Assembly (NCBI GenBank): GCA_008632985.1
Contig: QPGO01000312.1
Location: 1-62,268, forward strand
Direction: 5' to 3'
Origin: Psammoneis japonica
Lineage: Eukaryota
Length of the DNA: 62,268 nt
Below the pieces are notes generated by a model, which worked only from the letters and a program-made list of their open reading frames with translations, was not told where the DNA came from and did no database searches. Both the position numbers and the translations under genes were made by a program. Positions 47,405 through 59,429 of the stretch are shown in pieces; positions within the stretch are counted from its first letter, which is position 1; the number at the start of each line of letters is the position of its first letter.

Positions 47405-50400
47405 ATGGTTCTTACTCGTCAGCAACAAACCGATGGTTTTGAGCACGTTGTTGGAACCGTGCTTGCCCAAGGTGCTGGAAGCCTTCTTCGTTTGACTTTG
47501 ACCCATGACGGCACGGACTCGTACCAAGAAATGTTCACGTTCATACCTTCCCAAATCAACTCGCTTGAGTACGATAACGGCACTAATGTGATCCCATTGC
47601 CCCAAGGTCATAAGAACATGTTAGCAGCTCTAGTTAGTCTGTACATTGTCAAAGCACACAAAGGCCTTGATGTTGCCAATGATTGCTGGTTGTTCACGCA
47701 TGAGGAGTTCCTTGCCTGCCACCTCAGCCCCGACCACATGTCTTCTGTGTCTGTCGGCAGCTCACCTCTTGCACCTCCGCATGTCACCAACCCGACCAAG
47801 GCACGCGACCCGGTGCAAGACTTCAAGCGAGGCATCAAGCGTGACCCCACTGCTTTCACGGCTCTCAAATCCAACAAGCAGTGGCACACTTGGCACACCT
47901 CACTTGTGGCACAAGCCCGTGCCCAAGACGTCGAGTGCATTCTAGACTCGTCGTACAAACCGACCAGCCCCGAAGACAAACTGCTCTTTGCTGAACAGCA
48001 AAAGCACATGTTCGCCATCTTCGAACGCATCCTTCTCACCGACAAGGGCAAGGCTCTCATTCGTGAAAATGTGGGGTCTTCTGACGCCCAGACCGTCTAC
48101 CGCGCCTTGTCCGAGTGTGCGCTCGCCTCCACCCGCTCATCTATCGAGTCCTCCACCTTGCTCACGTACCTCACCACCACACGCCTTGGTGATGGTACTT
48201 GGAAAGGTCCGACTCACGGGTTCATCCTTCATTGGCAGGATCAGTTACGCAAGTACGAGGCACTCATCCCGGCCAGTGACCACTTCTCTGAAGGACAGAA
48301 GCGCGTCATGCTCGAGAATGCCGTACATCCTGTTGAGGAACTCCGCGCCGTCAAGAACCAAGCTGATCAACATCGCACGCAGAGTGGCAAGAGCCTCACA
48401 TACGATCAACATTGTGGCTTGCTCCTCTCCGCGGCGGCTCAATACGACAGCACGTTTCAACCCAAGACGACACCTCGAGCTCCCCGCTGCGCCATATACG
48501 CACACAACGCCTACTCCGAGGAACCATCCGATGATGTGTTCTGTGAAAACATCGACAGCGACATTGACGTCCTTCAGGCTAACGCTGCCTACACCCGCGG
48601 TCCCAGCCTCACCGGCGACCAATGGAAATGTCTCCCTCCCGACCACCAACAGATTTGGGATTCGTTGCCCAATTCCTCCAAGGCGATCATCCTTGAGCAT
48701 TCTCGTCCGCCTCCTCACAACCCACGAGTCGGCAACTGCCATGAGTCCATTGCGGTCAACCTTCATGACCAACGACTTGGGAGTGACGGTGACATCAACT
48801 TGTCCGCCATGACTCTTGCTGACTCTGGTGATCCCGCTCCAAATGTGGATGCCACTTCAGACAATCCCATTCTGGCTCATCTCACCAAGCGCAAGCCACT
48901 GCCACCCGGTGATCTGCAATGCCTATTGTCTCCTAACCAAGCCCCCAAAGCCAGTCGACCGGGCCCATCCGCCACTCCCTCTACCTCGCCTGCTCCTCCA
49001 GATGACATAGAACTTAACGGCCGCACTTACCGCCGCGTTAATAACCACAATGTCATTTACTCTGCCTCCGCTCATCGCTCCACACGCACTGGTGCTCTAG
49101 TCGATCGTGGAGTTAACGGCGGCATTGCTGGCGATGACGTTCGCATCATTGCACGCACCTCTTGCCAAGTCGACGTTCAGGGCATTGACGACCATCAATT
49201 GGTGGACATCCCCATTGTCACCGCTGGTGCCGTCATTGAGACACAGCATGGTCCCGTCATTGCCATCCTCCATCAGTGCGCATGCACGGGAAAGGGCAAG
49301 ACCATTCATTCCTGTGGCCAGCTCGAATGGCACAAACACGACATCAACGATCGCTCTGTCAAGGTGCCCAATGGCTTGCAGCGTATCGCCACCCCTGATG
49401 GCTATGTCATCCCAATTGACATCAAGGGTGGCCTGCCTTACATTGCCATGCGGCCCTGCACTGATGACGAATGGGACACCCTGTCACATGTCATCCTTGC
49501 CGGTGATGACACATGGGACCCTTCCGTCCTCGATCACTCTATCACTGACAACGACCAGTGGTACGACGCGATCTCTGACCTACAGGACGATCCCACTGCC
49601 AACCCATTTGACAAGTGCAGCAACTACCGTCACTGTGTCGTTGTCAACAAGGCCATCATGTCTGCCTCCTTGTCTGCCGATCACGCGTCTGCCCTCGATG
49701 ACCACCTCATTCCGAATGAAGACGTGTTCTATGAGTGTCATCTGTGCACGATTGACCCCAAGGACGACGACGTTCCGCCTCCGGAGCGCAATGTNGCAGC
49801 CCAAGGACCCCCCCTACGAGTCTCTTCGGCCCCACTTTGGTTTCCAACCTGCCGACATGGTTTGTCATACTTTCGACTGCACCACGCAATGCGCCCGCAT
49901 GCCCGCCGGTACACACCTTAAGAAGGCCTACAAATCGCCCAACCCCGCCCTTAATGTGCACCGCCACAACGAGCCTATCGCCACTGACACCGTTCATGCC
50001 GACACCCCGGCCGTCGACTCTGGTTGCACCAGTGCCCAACTGTTTGTTGGTGCCAAGTCTACCGTCACTGACGTCTATGGCACCAAAACCGACAAAGAGT
50101 TTGTCAACACACTCGAGGATCAGATCCGTGAGCGTGGTGCTCCATCCAAACTCATCAGTGACCGTGCTCAAGTTGAGATCAGCAACAAGGTGCTCAGGAT
50201 TCTACGAGCCCTCTTCATCTCCAGCTGGCAAAGCGAGCCTCACCAGCAACACCAAAACTTTGCCGAACACTGACACCAGACCGTGAAGTGCATGGCGAAC
50301 ACCATCATGGACCGTTTCGGTTCACCTGCCCACACATGGCTGCTGGCGCTCATGTACGTTTGCTTCATACTCAACCACACAGCGTCCCTACGTCTCCACT

Positions 50401-53400
50401 GGCGCATGCCCCTCGAGACTCTTACTGGCTCCACCCCGGACATCAGCCCATTGCTTCGCTTTCACTGGTGGGAACCCGTGTACTTCCACCTCGATGACTC
50501 CGATTGGCCATCCGAATCCTGTGAGTTGCGTGGACGCTTTGTTGGCATTGCTGAACACGTCGGCCACCAGATGACCTTTAAGATTCTTTCTGACGACACT
50601 CAGAAGATCCTCTGCCGGTCCAATGTATGACCCGCTACCACCGATCCTTCCGTTCGAAACCTGCGTCTTGATCCTCCTGATGGGGAGCCACCTGAACCCA
50701 TCATCAAATCTTGCCATGACGACAACCCCATCGATTCACCTGATGGGGAGATCAGGACACCCAAGATGCCAGTTTTTGATCCGCAAGACATCATCGGACG
50801 CACCTTCCTCATGCAGCCACAAGAGGACGGACAACGCCACAGAGCTCGCATCGTCAAGGCCGTTGAAGATCACGACTGGAAAGTGAACGGCAACCCCCAG
50901 CTCACTAAGTTCGTCTGCTCTGTCAACAACGATGAATACGAGGAAGTCCTGGCCTACAACGACATCATGAATCACATTGAGCAAGAAGACGAAGACACCA
51001 CTGTTTGGAAATTTCGACGTATTGTGTCACACGAAGGACCTCTGAAGCCTCATGACCCAACCTGGAAAGGCTCAAGCTACAACATCATGCTTGAATGGGA
51101 AAGTGGGGAGATCACGTCCGAGCCTCTTGCCATCATCGCCAAGGACGACCCTGTCACCTGCACCATCTATGCACGAGAGAACGGACATCTCGACACTGAT
51201 GGCTGGAAGCGGTTCCGCACCATTGCGAGGCGCCAGAAGAAGCCATTCGGCATGGCCAACCAAGCCAAGCTTCGCTCCTTCCGCACTGCACCTCGCTACA
51301 AGTACGGATGCGAAGTTCCCCGGAACTACAAACACGCCATGTCCCTAGACGAACGCAAAGGCAACCGCAAATGGGGAGACGCAACCAATCTCGAGATGGA
51401 CCAACTCAATGAATACGAAGTCTTTCATGACTGCGGGCCCTCCGAGTCTTCCACTCCTCCTGCAGGACACAAGAAGATCCGAGTGCACCTAGTGTACGAC
51501 GTGAAACACGACGGCCGCCACAAGGCACGACTCGTAGCCGATGGACACCTCACGGACGTACCCATCGATAGTGACTAATCTGGAGTAGTCTCCCTTCGTG
51601 GCCTTCGGCTGATGATTTTCTTGGCCGAACTCAACGAGTTGGAGACATGGGCCACCAACATTGGTAATGCCTACCTTGAAGCCACCACCAAGGAGAAGCT
51701 GTACATTGTAGCTGGACCCGAATTCGGCAAACTCGAAGGCCACATTCTTGTCATCTACAAGGCCCTGTATGGACTGCGCAGCTCCGGCCTCCGCTGGCAC
51801 GAGCGCTTCGCCGACTGCCTGCGAGCTGAAGGTTTCTTCCCCTGCCGCGCCGAACCCGACATTTGGATGCGCAGGAGCGGCGACCACTACGAACATGTTG
51901 CCGTTTATGTGGATGACCTCGCCATTGCCATGAAGGATCCTCAATCTTTCGTCAATACTCTCACGGAAAAGTACAAGTTCAAGCTCAAGGGCACGGGACC
52001 GATTGAGTTCCATCTAGGCTGCGACTTCTTCAGGGATCCTGACAGCACCTTCTGTCTATCTCCGCGCAAGTACATCGAACACATGGTTGACAGCTACACA
52101 CGATTGTTTGGGGAGTAACCTACCACCAACGTCCTGTCCCCTCTGGAAAAGGGTGACCACCGACGCGTTCCAGCCCTAGGTGGGACTCCGTGTGACATTT
52201 GGCCCGTAGAATTCTACGTGCGAGCTCCGTAGTACGAGAATTTAATTAATGGATATATTTATCTTCAACATCAAATAAACGGCCAAGTTTGTGGTACAAT
52301 TATGCCTCTTACCACTCGACGTTTTTGCAAATGCACCTGCCCTACGCGATTTTTAAGACATTATAGAATCGCGCTGTAACAAAAAATGTCAAAAGTTTTT
52401 GGACGGATCGCTCAATAAGTGTACCGTAAAATGACACAAAATATCAAAAAATCACGTAGAATTCTACGTGCGCGACATACGACGAGATTCAAAAAACTAT
52501 CGATGTCACAGTTCAGTAGTGCGAGGTCCCACCTAGACCTGGAACGCGTCCACCCCGAACTGGACACTTCCGAACTGCTGGGGCCCGATGGCATTCAACA
52601 GTTCCAGTCTCTTGTTGGTTCCCTCCAATGGGCAGTGTCTCTTGGTCGAATTGACATTACCACGGCCGTCATGTCACTCTCTGGCTTCTGAGCTGCGCCC
52701 CGTCAAGGCCACTTGGATCGTGCCAAACGCATCTGTGGGCACCTCTCCAAGATGCGACACAGCGCTCTCCGCGTTTACACGGAAGAGCCCGACTATTCAG
52801 ATCTCCCTGCACCGGCCTATGAATGGATGTATTCCGTGTACGGCGAAGCAGAGGAGATGATCCCGAAGGACGCTCCACCGCCCCTTGGCAAGTTTGTCAC
52901 TACCACCCACTACGTCGATGCAAACTTGTATCATTGCATGCTCACCGGACGCTCTGTCATGGGAATGCTCCACTTCCTCAACAAATTCCCGGCTGATTGG
53001 TTCTCTAAGAAGCAAGCCACCGTGGAGACTGCAACCTACGGGTCTGAATTTGTTGCCGCAAGGACTTGTGTCGAGCAGATTATCGACCTGCGCATTACCC
53101 TGCGTTACCTTGGCATCCCGATCCGTGACATTAGTTACATGTTCGGTGACAACAAGTCGGTTGTGGACAGTGCCACCATCCTGCACTCCAAGTTACACAA
53201 GCGACACACCGCTCTGTTGTTCCATCGTGTGCATGAGGCGATTGCCTCTGGTCACCTTGAGTTCCACTTCATCGAAGGCTCCCGCAACCCTGCTGACATT
53301 CTCAGCAAGCGCATTGGGTTACTCCCAAATCTGGGACCTTCTCCGTCCCCTCATGTTTTGGAACTTCATTCCATCCAAAGTCGAATCTGTTTCTGTGACT

Positions 53401-53432
53401 CCTCAAGCAAACTGGGGAGTGACAGGATTTGA
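47405..53432 (+). pseudogene. gag-pol polyprotein (gag, protease, integrase, RT, RNase H) with several stops and a MITE insertion
   Basis: ALVDRGVNGG, ISDRAQVE, WQSEPHQQHQN, YKALYGLRSSG, AVYVDD, TATYGSEF, NPADILSK. Confidence 0.95.
52162..52550. mobile_element. MITE (389 bp), same family as 14116-15187, 4-bp TSD CACC
   Basis: TIRs GACGCGTTCCAG(CC/GT)CTAGGTGGGAC. CACC at 52158-52161 and 52551-52554; removal restores the Copia codons GDHPEL. Confidence 0.95.
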
Positions 53433-54958
53433 ACAGGATTTAGGTGCACGCGAAATGTCGCGCGCTATTTAGTTTACTGCACACAGTTTTGTGTGCTCTT
53501 TAGTTCCGCGCGTGCGCGCGCGATGTAGTTTGCTTTCGAGCCACATGGCTCACAAGAATAATAACAGTAGCCCGATTATACTGACTTACACGTCTTTTGG
53601 CTCCTGTGACGGTCTCTGAGCGGAGACTCATCTGCCATTTAGACAGCAGTAAGGAGTTATAGTTTGAATTCTTGCCATTTGCCTTCAATTTCTGTCACAA
53701 CCATTTTTGGAACCATTTCTGGGACCACCTTGGTTTTGGAACCAGGCTTGCCTTTGCCATCATCTTTGATGTAGATTTGGTCAAATGTGTCCTCTGCAAC
53801 CTCCAGACGTTCCAAAAACTCAACCAACTCGTCAAAGGTATGATCCAAAATTTCAAAACCTTGCCGGGTTGACTGACGACCCACTTGCGAGGTGCAAGGT
53901 TGTGGATGACATCCTTGAGCTCATCATCTTCCAAACTGTGGTTTGATTCAAAGGGAGGATAGAACTTGAAGTCCTCATTGACCTCCTGAGCCCATGCGGC
54001 ATGGTTTGATTCAAAGGGAGGATAGAACTTGAAGTCCTCATTGACCTCCTGAGCCCATGCGGCAATTTCTCAAATCTTCATTGACTTGGGTCTCTTGAGA
54101 TCATGTTGTAGATGTTGTTTCTGAATCTGAAGTGCATTCTTCGGGAAGACATGGTTAGAGAGACAATACAGGCACTTTTCAAAGGCTCCTTCAGCATCTT
54201 CATCATCGGCATTCACTGCCTTGTTCTCAAAAACTTGTAGAGCGCCTCCCTGCAACAACATGTGCATCATCTGAAACTTATGGGCTTGCTTCTCGACATT
54301 CCATCCAATCAAGACTTTCTTGCAGTTATTGAGAAATTGTGTGTGCTCTTAGTTCCGTGCATTGTGTGTGAAATGTAGTTTGCTTTCAAGCCGCTCAGCT
54401 CATAAGAACAATGAAAGTAGCACCGACATCATGACACCAGTCTTTAGGCTCCTGCAACGGTGTCAGCACGGATCCTCATCTGCTAAGGACCAATCCATCT
54501 GCACATGCTCACGCACACAAGATGTGCTCATCTGACTCTGGCCCTGCTCCATGCATGCCAAGTCTGCTGCCATGTATCTGCCCCAGATTGCTGGTCTTCT
54601 ACAGTTCTACAAGGTCTCCACAAGGATGACTGTGAGAGGAAGCAGTTTGTGATTGCACCTGCCTTGGGGCGAGGGTGCCTTTCCCACATTTGTTCGTCCC
54701 TCCACAATGCTTGTTTGGCTGCCCTGATCAGGTTATCCAACCGATGCAAAATGAGAACGGTTTGGGGGTCCACCTCTGGTTGGTTTGTCAGCAGGGTTTT
54801 TTAACCTGTTACTCCACTCTCAAGCAACCCAAGGTGTCACCATCCATGGGTTCAGACGTGCGGGCACAACTCTGCAGACCAGATGGGAAGCTCAGCACTT
54901 AACTGCAAACAGGACAGCACAACCCGGCGGCTTCTGATTTGCAACATAGTTCAAGATT

Positions 54959-55131
54959 TCAAGTCAAGTCTCAAGTCAAGTCTCAAGTCAAGTCTCAAGT
55001 CAAGTCTCAAGTCAAGTCTCAAGTCAAGTCTCAAGTCAAGTCTCAAGTCAAGTCTCAAGTCAAGTCTCAAGTCAAGTCTCAAGTCAAGTCTCAAGTCAAG
55101 TCTCAAGTCAAGTCTCAAGTCAAGTCTCAAG
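54959..55131 (+). repeat. Perfect tandem repeat (TCAAGTCAAGTC)x14 plus a partial unit, in the Copia 5' UTR
   Basis: Read directly from the sequence. Confidence 0.97.
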
Positions 55132-57345
55132 CCAATTCAAGTTTAACCTCTTGTCCAAGTTCTGACACCCTCCTCAGTTGCACCATGGTCCTCACCTGAC
55201 AGCAACAAACTGATGGCTTTGAGCACATCTCAGGCACTGTTCTGAACCAAGCTGCAGACAGTCCTTTGTGCTCTTCCCTCAACATCAATGGAACCAACTC
55301 CCACCAGGATCTCTTCATGTTTGCTCCAGCCCAACTCAATGCCTTAGTTTGCAATGATGGCACCAACCAACTCCCGTTGCCATGAGGATGCAAAGCACTC
55401 ATGGTGGTGTTGATAAGTTTTTACACTGTAACCTAGTGCGCTTGCATGCCTGCCAGTGTGCAAGTCACCCAACCTGGCTCTCAACAACTGTCACCACAAC
55501 AAACCTGTTACCACTGACACGGTGCACTCCGACACTGCCTCTGTCAACTCTGGATGCATCAGCGCACAGCTCTTTGTTGGTGTGGAATCCCTCGTCACCC
55601 ATGTGTGTGGCACCAAGATGGACAAGGAATTTGTCAACACCCTCAAAGACAACATTCACAACCATGGTGCTCCATCCAAGCTCATCAGCAATCGCACCCA
55701 AGTTGAGATCAGCAACAAGGTCCTTGGCATCCTCCATGCCCTCTTCATCTACAGTTGGCAAAGCGAGCCCCACCAACAGCACCAGAATTTTGCTGAACAC
55801 CACTGCCAAACTATGAAGAACATGGCCAACACCATCATGGATTGCTTCGGATCTCCGGCCCACACCTGGATCCTCGCTCTTATGTGCATGTGCTTTGTGC
55901 TCAACCACACAGCCTCTGCCAAGCTCCACTGGTGCACCCCCACCAAAGTGCTGTCTGGATCCACTCCTGCTGACATTAGCTCCCTCCTCTGTTTTCAATG
56001 GTGGGAACCTGTGCACTGCCACCTGGATGATTCGGACTGGCCATCTAAATCCTGTGAGTTGCATGGTCACTTTGTTGGCATTGCCGAACACGTGGGTCAT
56101 CACATGATGTTCAAGATTCTTTCTGACAACACTCAGAAGATTCTTTACCAGTGTGACATCTGCTCTGCCGCCGGTGACCCGTCGATGCACAATTTGCATC
56201 TTGATCCTCCTGATGGGGAGTTTGCTACACCCATCATCATCAAATCCCCTCATGACTCAGAGGATTTGCCAGATTTGTCAGATGGGGAGGAGATCAGGAT
56301 GCCCAAGATGCCAGTCTTTGACCCCAAGCACATTGTTGGATGTGCCTTTCTCATGAAGCCACAAGAGGATGGACAGCGCTGCAGGGCCCGTGTCATGAGG
56401 CTGTTGAGGACCATGACTGGGAGATCGGTGACAACCCAGAACTCATCAAGTTCATTTGTTCAGTTGACAATGATGAATGTAAGGAAATCCTTGCCTGCAA
56501 CAACATCATCCATCACACAGAGCAAGACAATGACAACACAACCATCTGGAAATTCTGATGTGTTGTGTCACACGAAGGACCGTTGAGGCCCCACGACCCC
56601 TCTTGGAAAGGCTCAAGCTACAACATCATGCTTGAATGGGAAAGCAGGAAGATCATGTCTGAACCCCTTGCCATCATTGCCAAGGATGCTCCCATCCCCT
56701 GTGCCACATGCGAACGTAAGCATGGCCTCCTCATAACTGAAGGATGGAAGTGCTTTTGCAAAATAGCTTTGCACCAGAAGAAGCTGTTCCACATGGCCAA
56801 CCAAGCCAAGCTGTGCTCATTTTGCACTGCCCCATGCTACAAGTGCGGGTGTGAAGTACCGCATGACTACAAGCACCCTTGGCCCTCAAAGAGCACAATG
56901 GCAACTGCAAGTGGGGAGATGCAATGAACCTCGAGATGACTCAACTCAGCGAGTGTGAGGTCTTAAATGATTGTGGACACTACAAGGACTCTAGTGCCCC
57001 AGCAGGACACAAGAAGATTTGCATGCACCTGGTCTGTGATGTCAAACATGACGGCAGGCACAAAGCATGACTTGTTGCTGATGGACAACTCACTGACATG
57101 CCCATCAACAGCATCTGTTCTGGTGTAGTGTCCCTCCATGGTCTCCAATTGATGATCTTCCTAGCTGAACTCAACAAGCTGAAGACATGTGGGTGACCTA
57201 CATTGGCAATGCCCACCCAGAAGCCATGACCCCAAGGAGAAACTGTACATCATTGCAGGTCCCAAATTTGGAGATTTGGAAGGACACATCCTTGTCATCC
57301 ACAAGGGTCTGTATGGCCTCCGCAGCTCCGGTCTCAGGTGGCACA

Positions 57346-57515
57346 TCGTACTGTCACTAGTTACTTCGGTGCGGCATGAGGGTGATGCCGGTACAGGCTG
57401 ATCGCTATATGCCCCTGCCGCACACATGTGCACTGGGGTGTGGGTTAGCTTGTTGCCGGAGTTGCTGGGCAGAAGCGTAATAGCACCTTAAAAATAGATG
57501 TCATGTTTTGTTTCA
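57346..57515 (+). mobile_element. Third, ~170-bp 5'-truncated Ambal-like LINE 3' end
   Basis: Reverse complement of the 6705-6890 region. TSD GTCTCAGGTGGCACA at 57331-57345 and 57516-57530. Confidence 0.87.
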
Positions 57516-58931
57516 GTCTCAGGTGGCACATATGAGTGCTTTGCCGATTGTTTGCAAGCTGGAGGATTCTTCCCATGCTGCGCCTAACCTGACATCTGGT
57601 TATGCTGGAATGGTGACCATCATGGACACGTGGCAGTGTATGTGGATGACCTGGCCTTTGCGATGAAAGATCCCCAGGCCTTCGTCCACTGTCACAGAGA
57701 AGCACAAGTTCAAACTCAAGGGCACTGGACCTCTGGAATTTCACCTTGGTTGCACCTTCTCTCATGACTCCGATGACACGCTGTGCCTGGCTCCTTACAA
57801 GAAGTGCATTGAGCGCATGGTCAAGAATTGCTCACGCCTTTTTGGGGAGAAGCCTCACACCAACACTCAGATGCATTGAAATCACTACATCCATCGTGTC
57901 CCTCTCCAGCTTCCATGCTGCACCCCGTCAAGGCCATTTGGACTGCGCCAAACCTGTCTGCGGATTCTTGTCCAAGATGTGACATGGTGCCCTACGAGTG
58001 TGCACTGAGGAACCCGACTATTCAGATCTTCCCAAGCCTGTGCATGACTGGGCTCAAACCACACATGGTGATGTGAAGGAACTGATTCCTGAAGATGCAC
58101 CTGAGCCTCTTGGTAAGCTCATCACCACGACCCACCATGTTGATGCAAACTTGCTCCACTGCATGCTCACTGGATGCTCCGTCACAGGCATCCTTCACTT
58201 CCTTAACAAGTTTCCAGCTGATTGGTTCTCCAAGAAACAAGCTGCAGTCGAGACTGCAACTTGTGGATCTGAGTTTGTTGCCACTGAGACATGTGTAGAA
58301 CAGATTGTTGATCTGCACACCACATTGCATCACCTCAGAGTCCCGATCCGTGACACATGTTACATGTTTGGGGACTGCAAGTCAGTTGTGGACAGTGCCA
58401 CCATCCCGCACTCCAAGTTACACAAGCGAAACACTGCCCTCTTGCTCCATCATGTACATGAGGCAATTGCCTCCAGTTTCTTCAAGGTCCACTTTATCGA
58501 AGGTTCCTGCAACCCTGCTGACATCCTCAGCAAACACTGGGGTTACTCCCAGGCTTGGAACCTCCTCCATCCTCTCATGTTTTGGAATTTTGATCCTGAG
58601 GCCTTTGGTCAATCCGACTTCAAATCCATTGCTGTGGACTCCTCAAGCAAACTGGGGAGTGACAGGATTTGAACAAGTTTTTAGTTTATAGCACATAATT
58701 GTGTGTGCTTTCCATGCGTAACATGCGTGCGTGCGTGACATAGGGCCGTGGTAGTTTGCTTTTGAGCCACTCTCGGCTCACAAGAACAATGACAGCAGCA
58801 CCGATATCATGACACCAGTCTTTCGGCTCCTGTAATGGTGTCTGCACGGATGCTAATCTGCTGTTTAGACAGCAGTAAGGAGTTGTTGTTTTCTTCCACC
58901 CAGTCATCTTCATTTTCTGTCAGGTTGACGT

Positions 58932-59429
58932 TGACAGGATTTGAACAAGATTTTAGTTTATCACACATAATTATGTGTGCTCTTAGTTCCGCGCGCGATG
59001 CACCATGTAGTTTGCTTTCGAGCCACTCGGCTCACAAGAATAACAACAGTAGCACCGATGTCAACAACACCAATCTTTCGGCTCTTGTAACAGTCTCTGC
59101 ACGGAGACTCATCTGCTATTTAGACAGCAGTAAGGAGTTATTCTTGTTGTCTTCCACCCAGTCATCTTCAATTTCTGTCAGATTAACAGTCTTGCTCATT
59201 TTCATCCATTGAACGTTCATCATCATCATCGAGAAAAGTTTCTACGACACGCACCGTTGGCGGTGGAAGCACATACCTGCCTTCTTCACTGCTGCATGAT
59301 GGATTGAATCTATGCGTTTGAATCTATCCAATACTTCGCATCGCTGGATATATGTATTCAATGGATTTTTGTTCGGTCAGGAATTCCCGAACTCTCAGAC
59401 ATCTGAGATTCTGGATTCCCTACAGCAGA
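58932..59429 (+). mobile_element. Further Copia family B 5' LTR (58932-59180), PBS and partial UTR, interrupted by the YR element
   Basis: LTR termini and GATTAACAGTC; UTR matches the reverse complement of 36009-36260. Confidence 0.88.

Larger units (their letters stand above)
46193..53697 (+). mobile_element. Full-length Copia family B (CoDi-like) retrotransposon; LTRs 46193-46470 and 53420-53697; TSD CAACC
   Basis: 278-bp LTRs with inverted termini TGACAGGATTTGAA/TTCAATTTCTGTCA. CAACC at 46188-46192 and 53698-53702. PPT GGGGAG. Confidence 0.97.
45350..54335 (-). pseudogene. Gypsy gag-protease remnant (53698-54335 and 45350-46192), split by the full-length Copia
   Basis: LLQGGALQVFE..HVFPKNALQIQKQHL, FLERLE, knuckle-like WCNC.EKNTHTTQIC, protease-like PLCVLPDGRTSSTII. 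Perfect 63-bp tandem duplication at 53939-54064. Confidence 0.72.
54337..58922 (+). mobile_element. Degenerate, internally deleted Copia family B element (partial 5' LTR, UTR, gag start 55185, integrase-RT-RNase H, 3' LTR 58660-58922)
   Basis: ORFs 55456-56586 and 57998-58672 homologous to 46193-53697; PPT and LTR present. Confidence 0.92.

Noticed and set aside
49770..49921. Possible programmed frameshift between the 841-aa gag-protease ORF and integrase
   Set aside because: The frame change falls at an N (49795), so it may be an assembly artefact; Copia polyproteins are usually one frame.
53939..54064. 63-bp perfect tandem duplication (also 45 bp at 20781-20867 and ~19 bp at 6838-6876)
   Set aside because: Two-copy local duplications in dead elements, with no sign of function.
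54883..55199. Repetitive ORFs (KSSL)n and (QVKS)n; possible CRISPR or telomere array
   Set aside because: Translations of a 12-bp tandem repeat with no spacers, derived from a Copia UTR motif.
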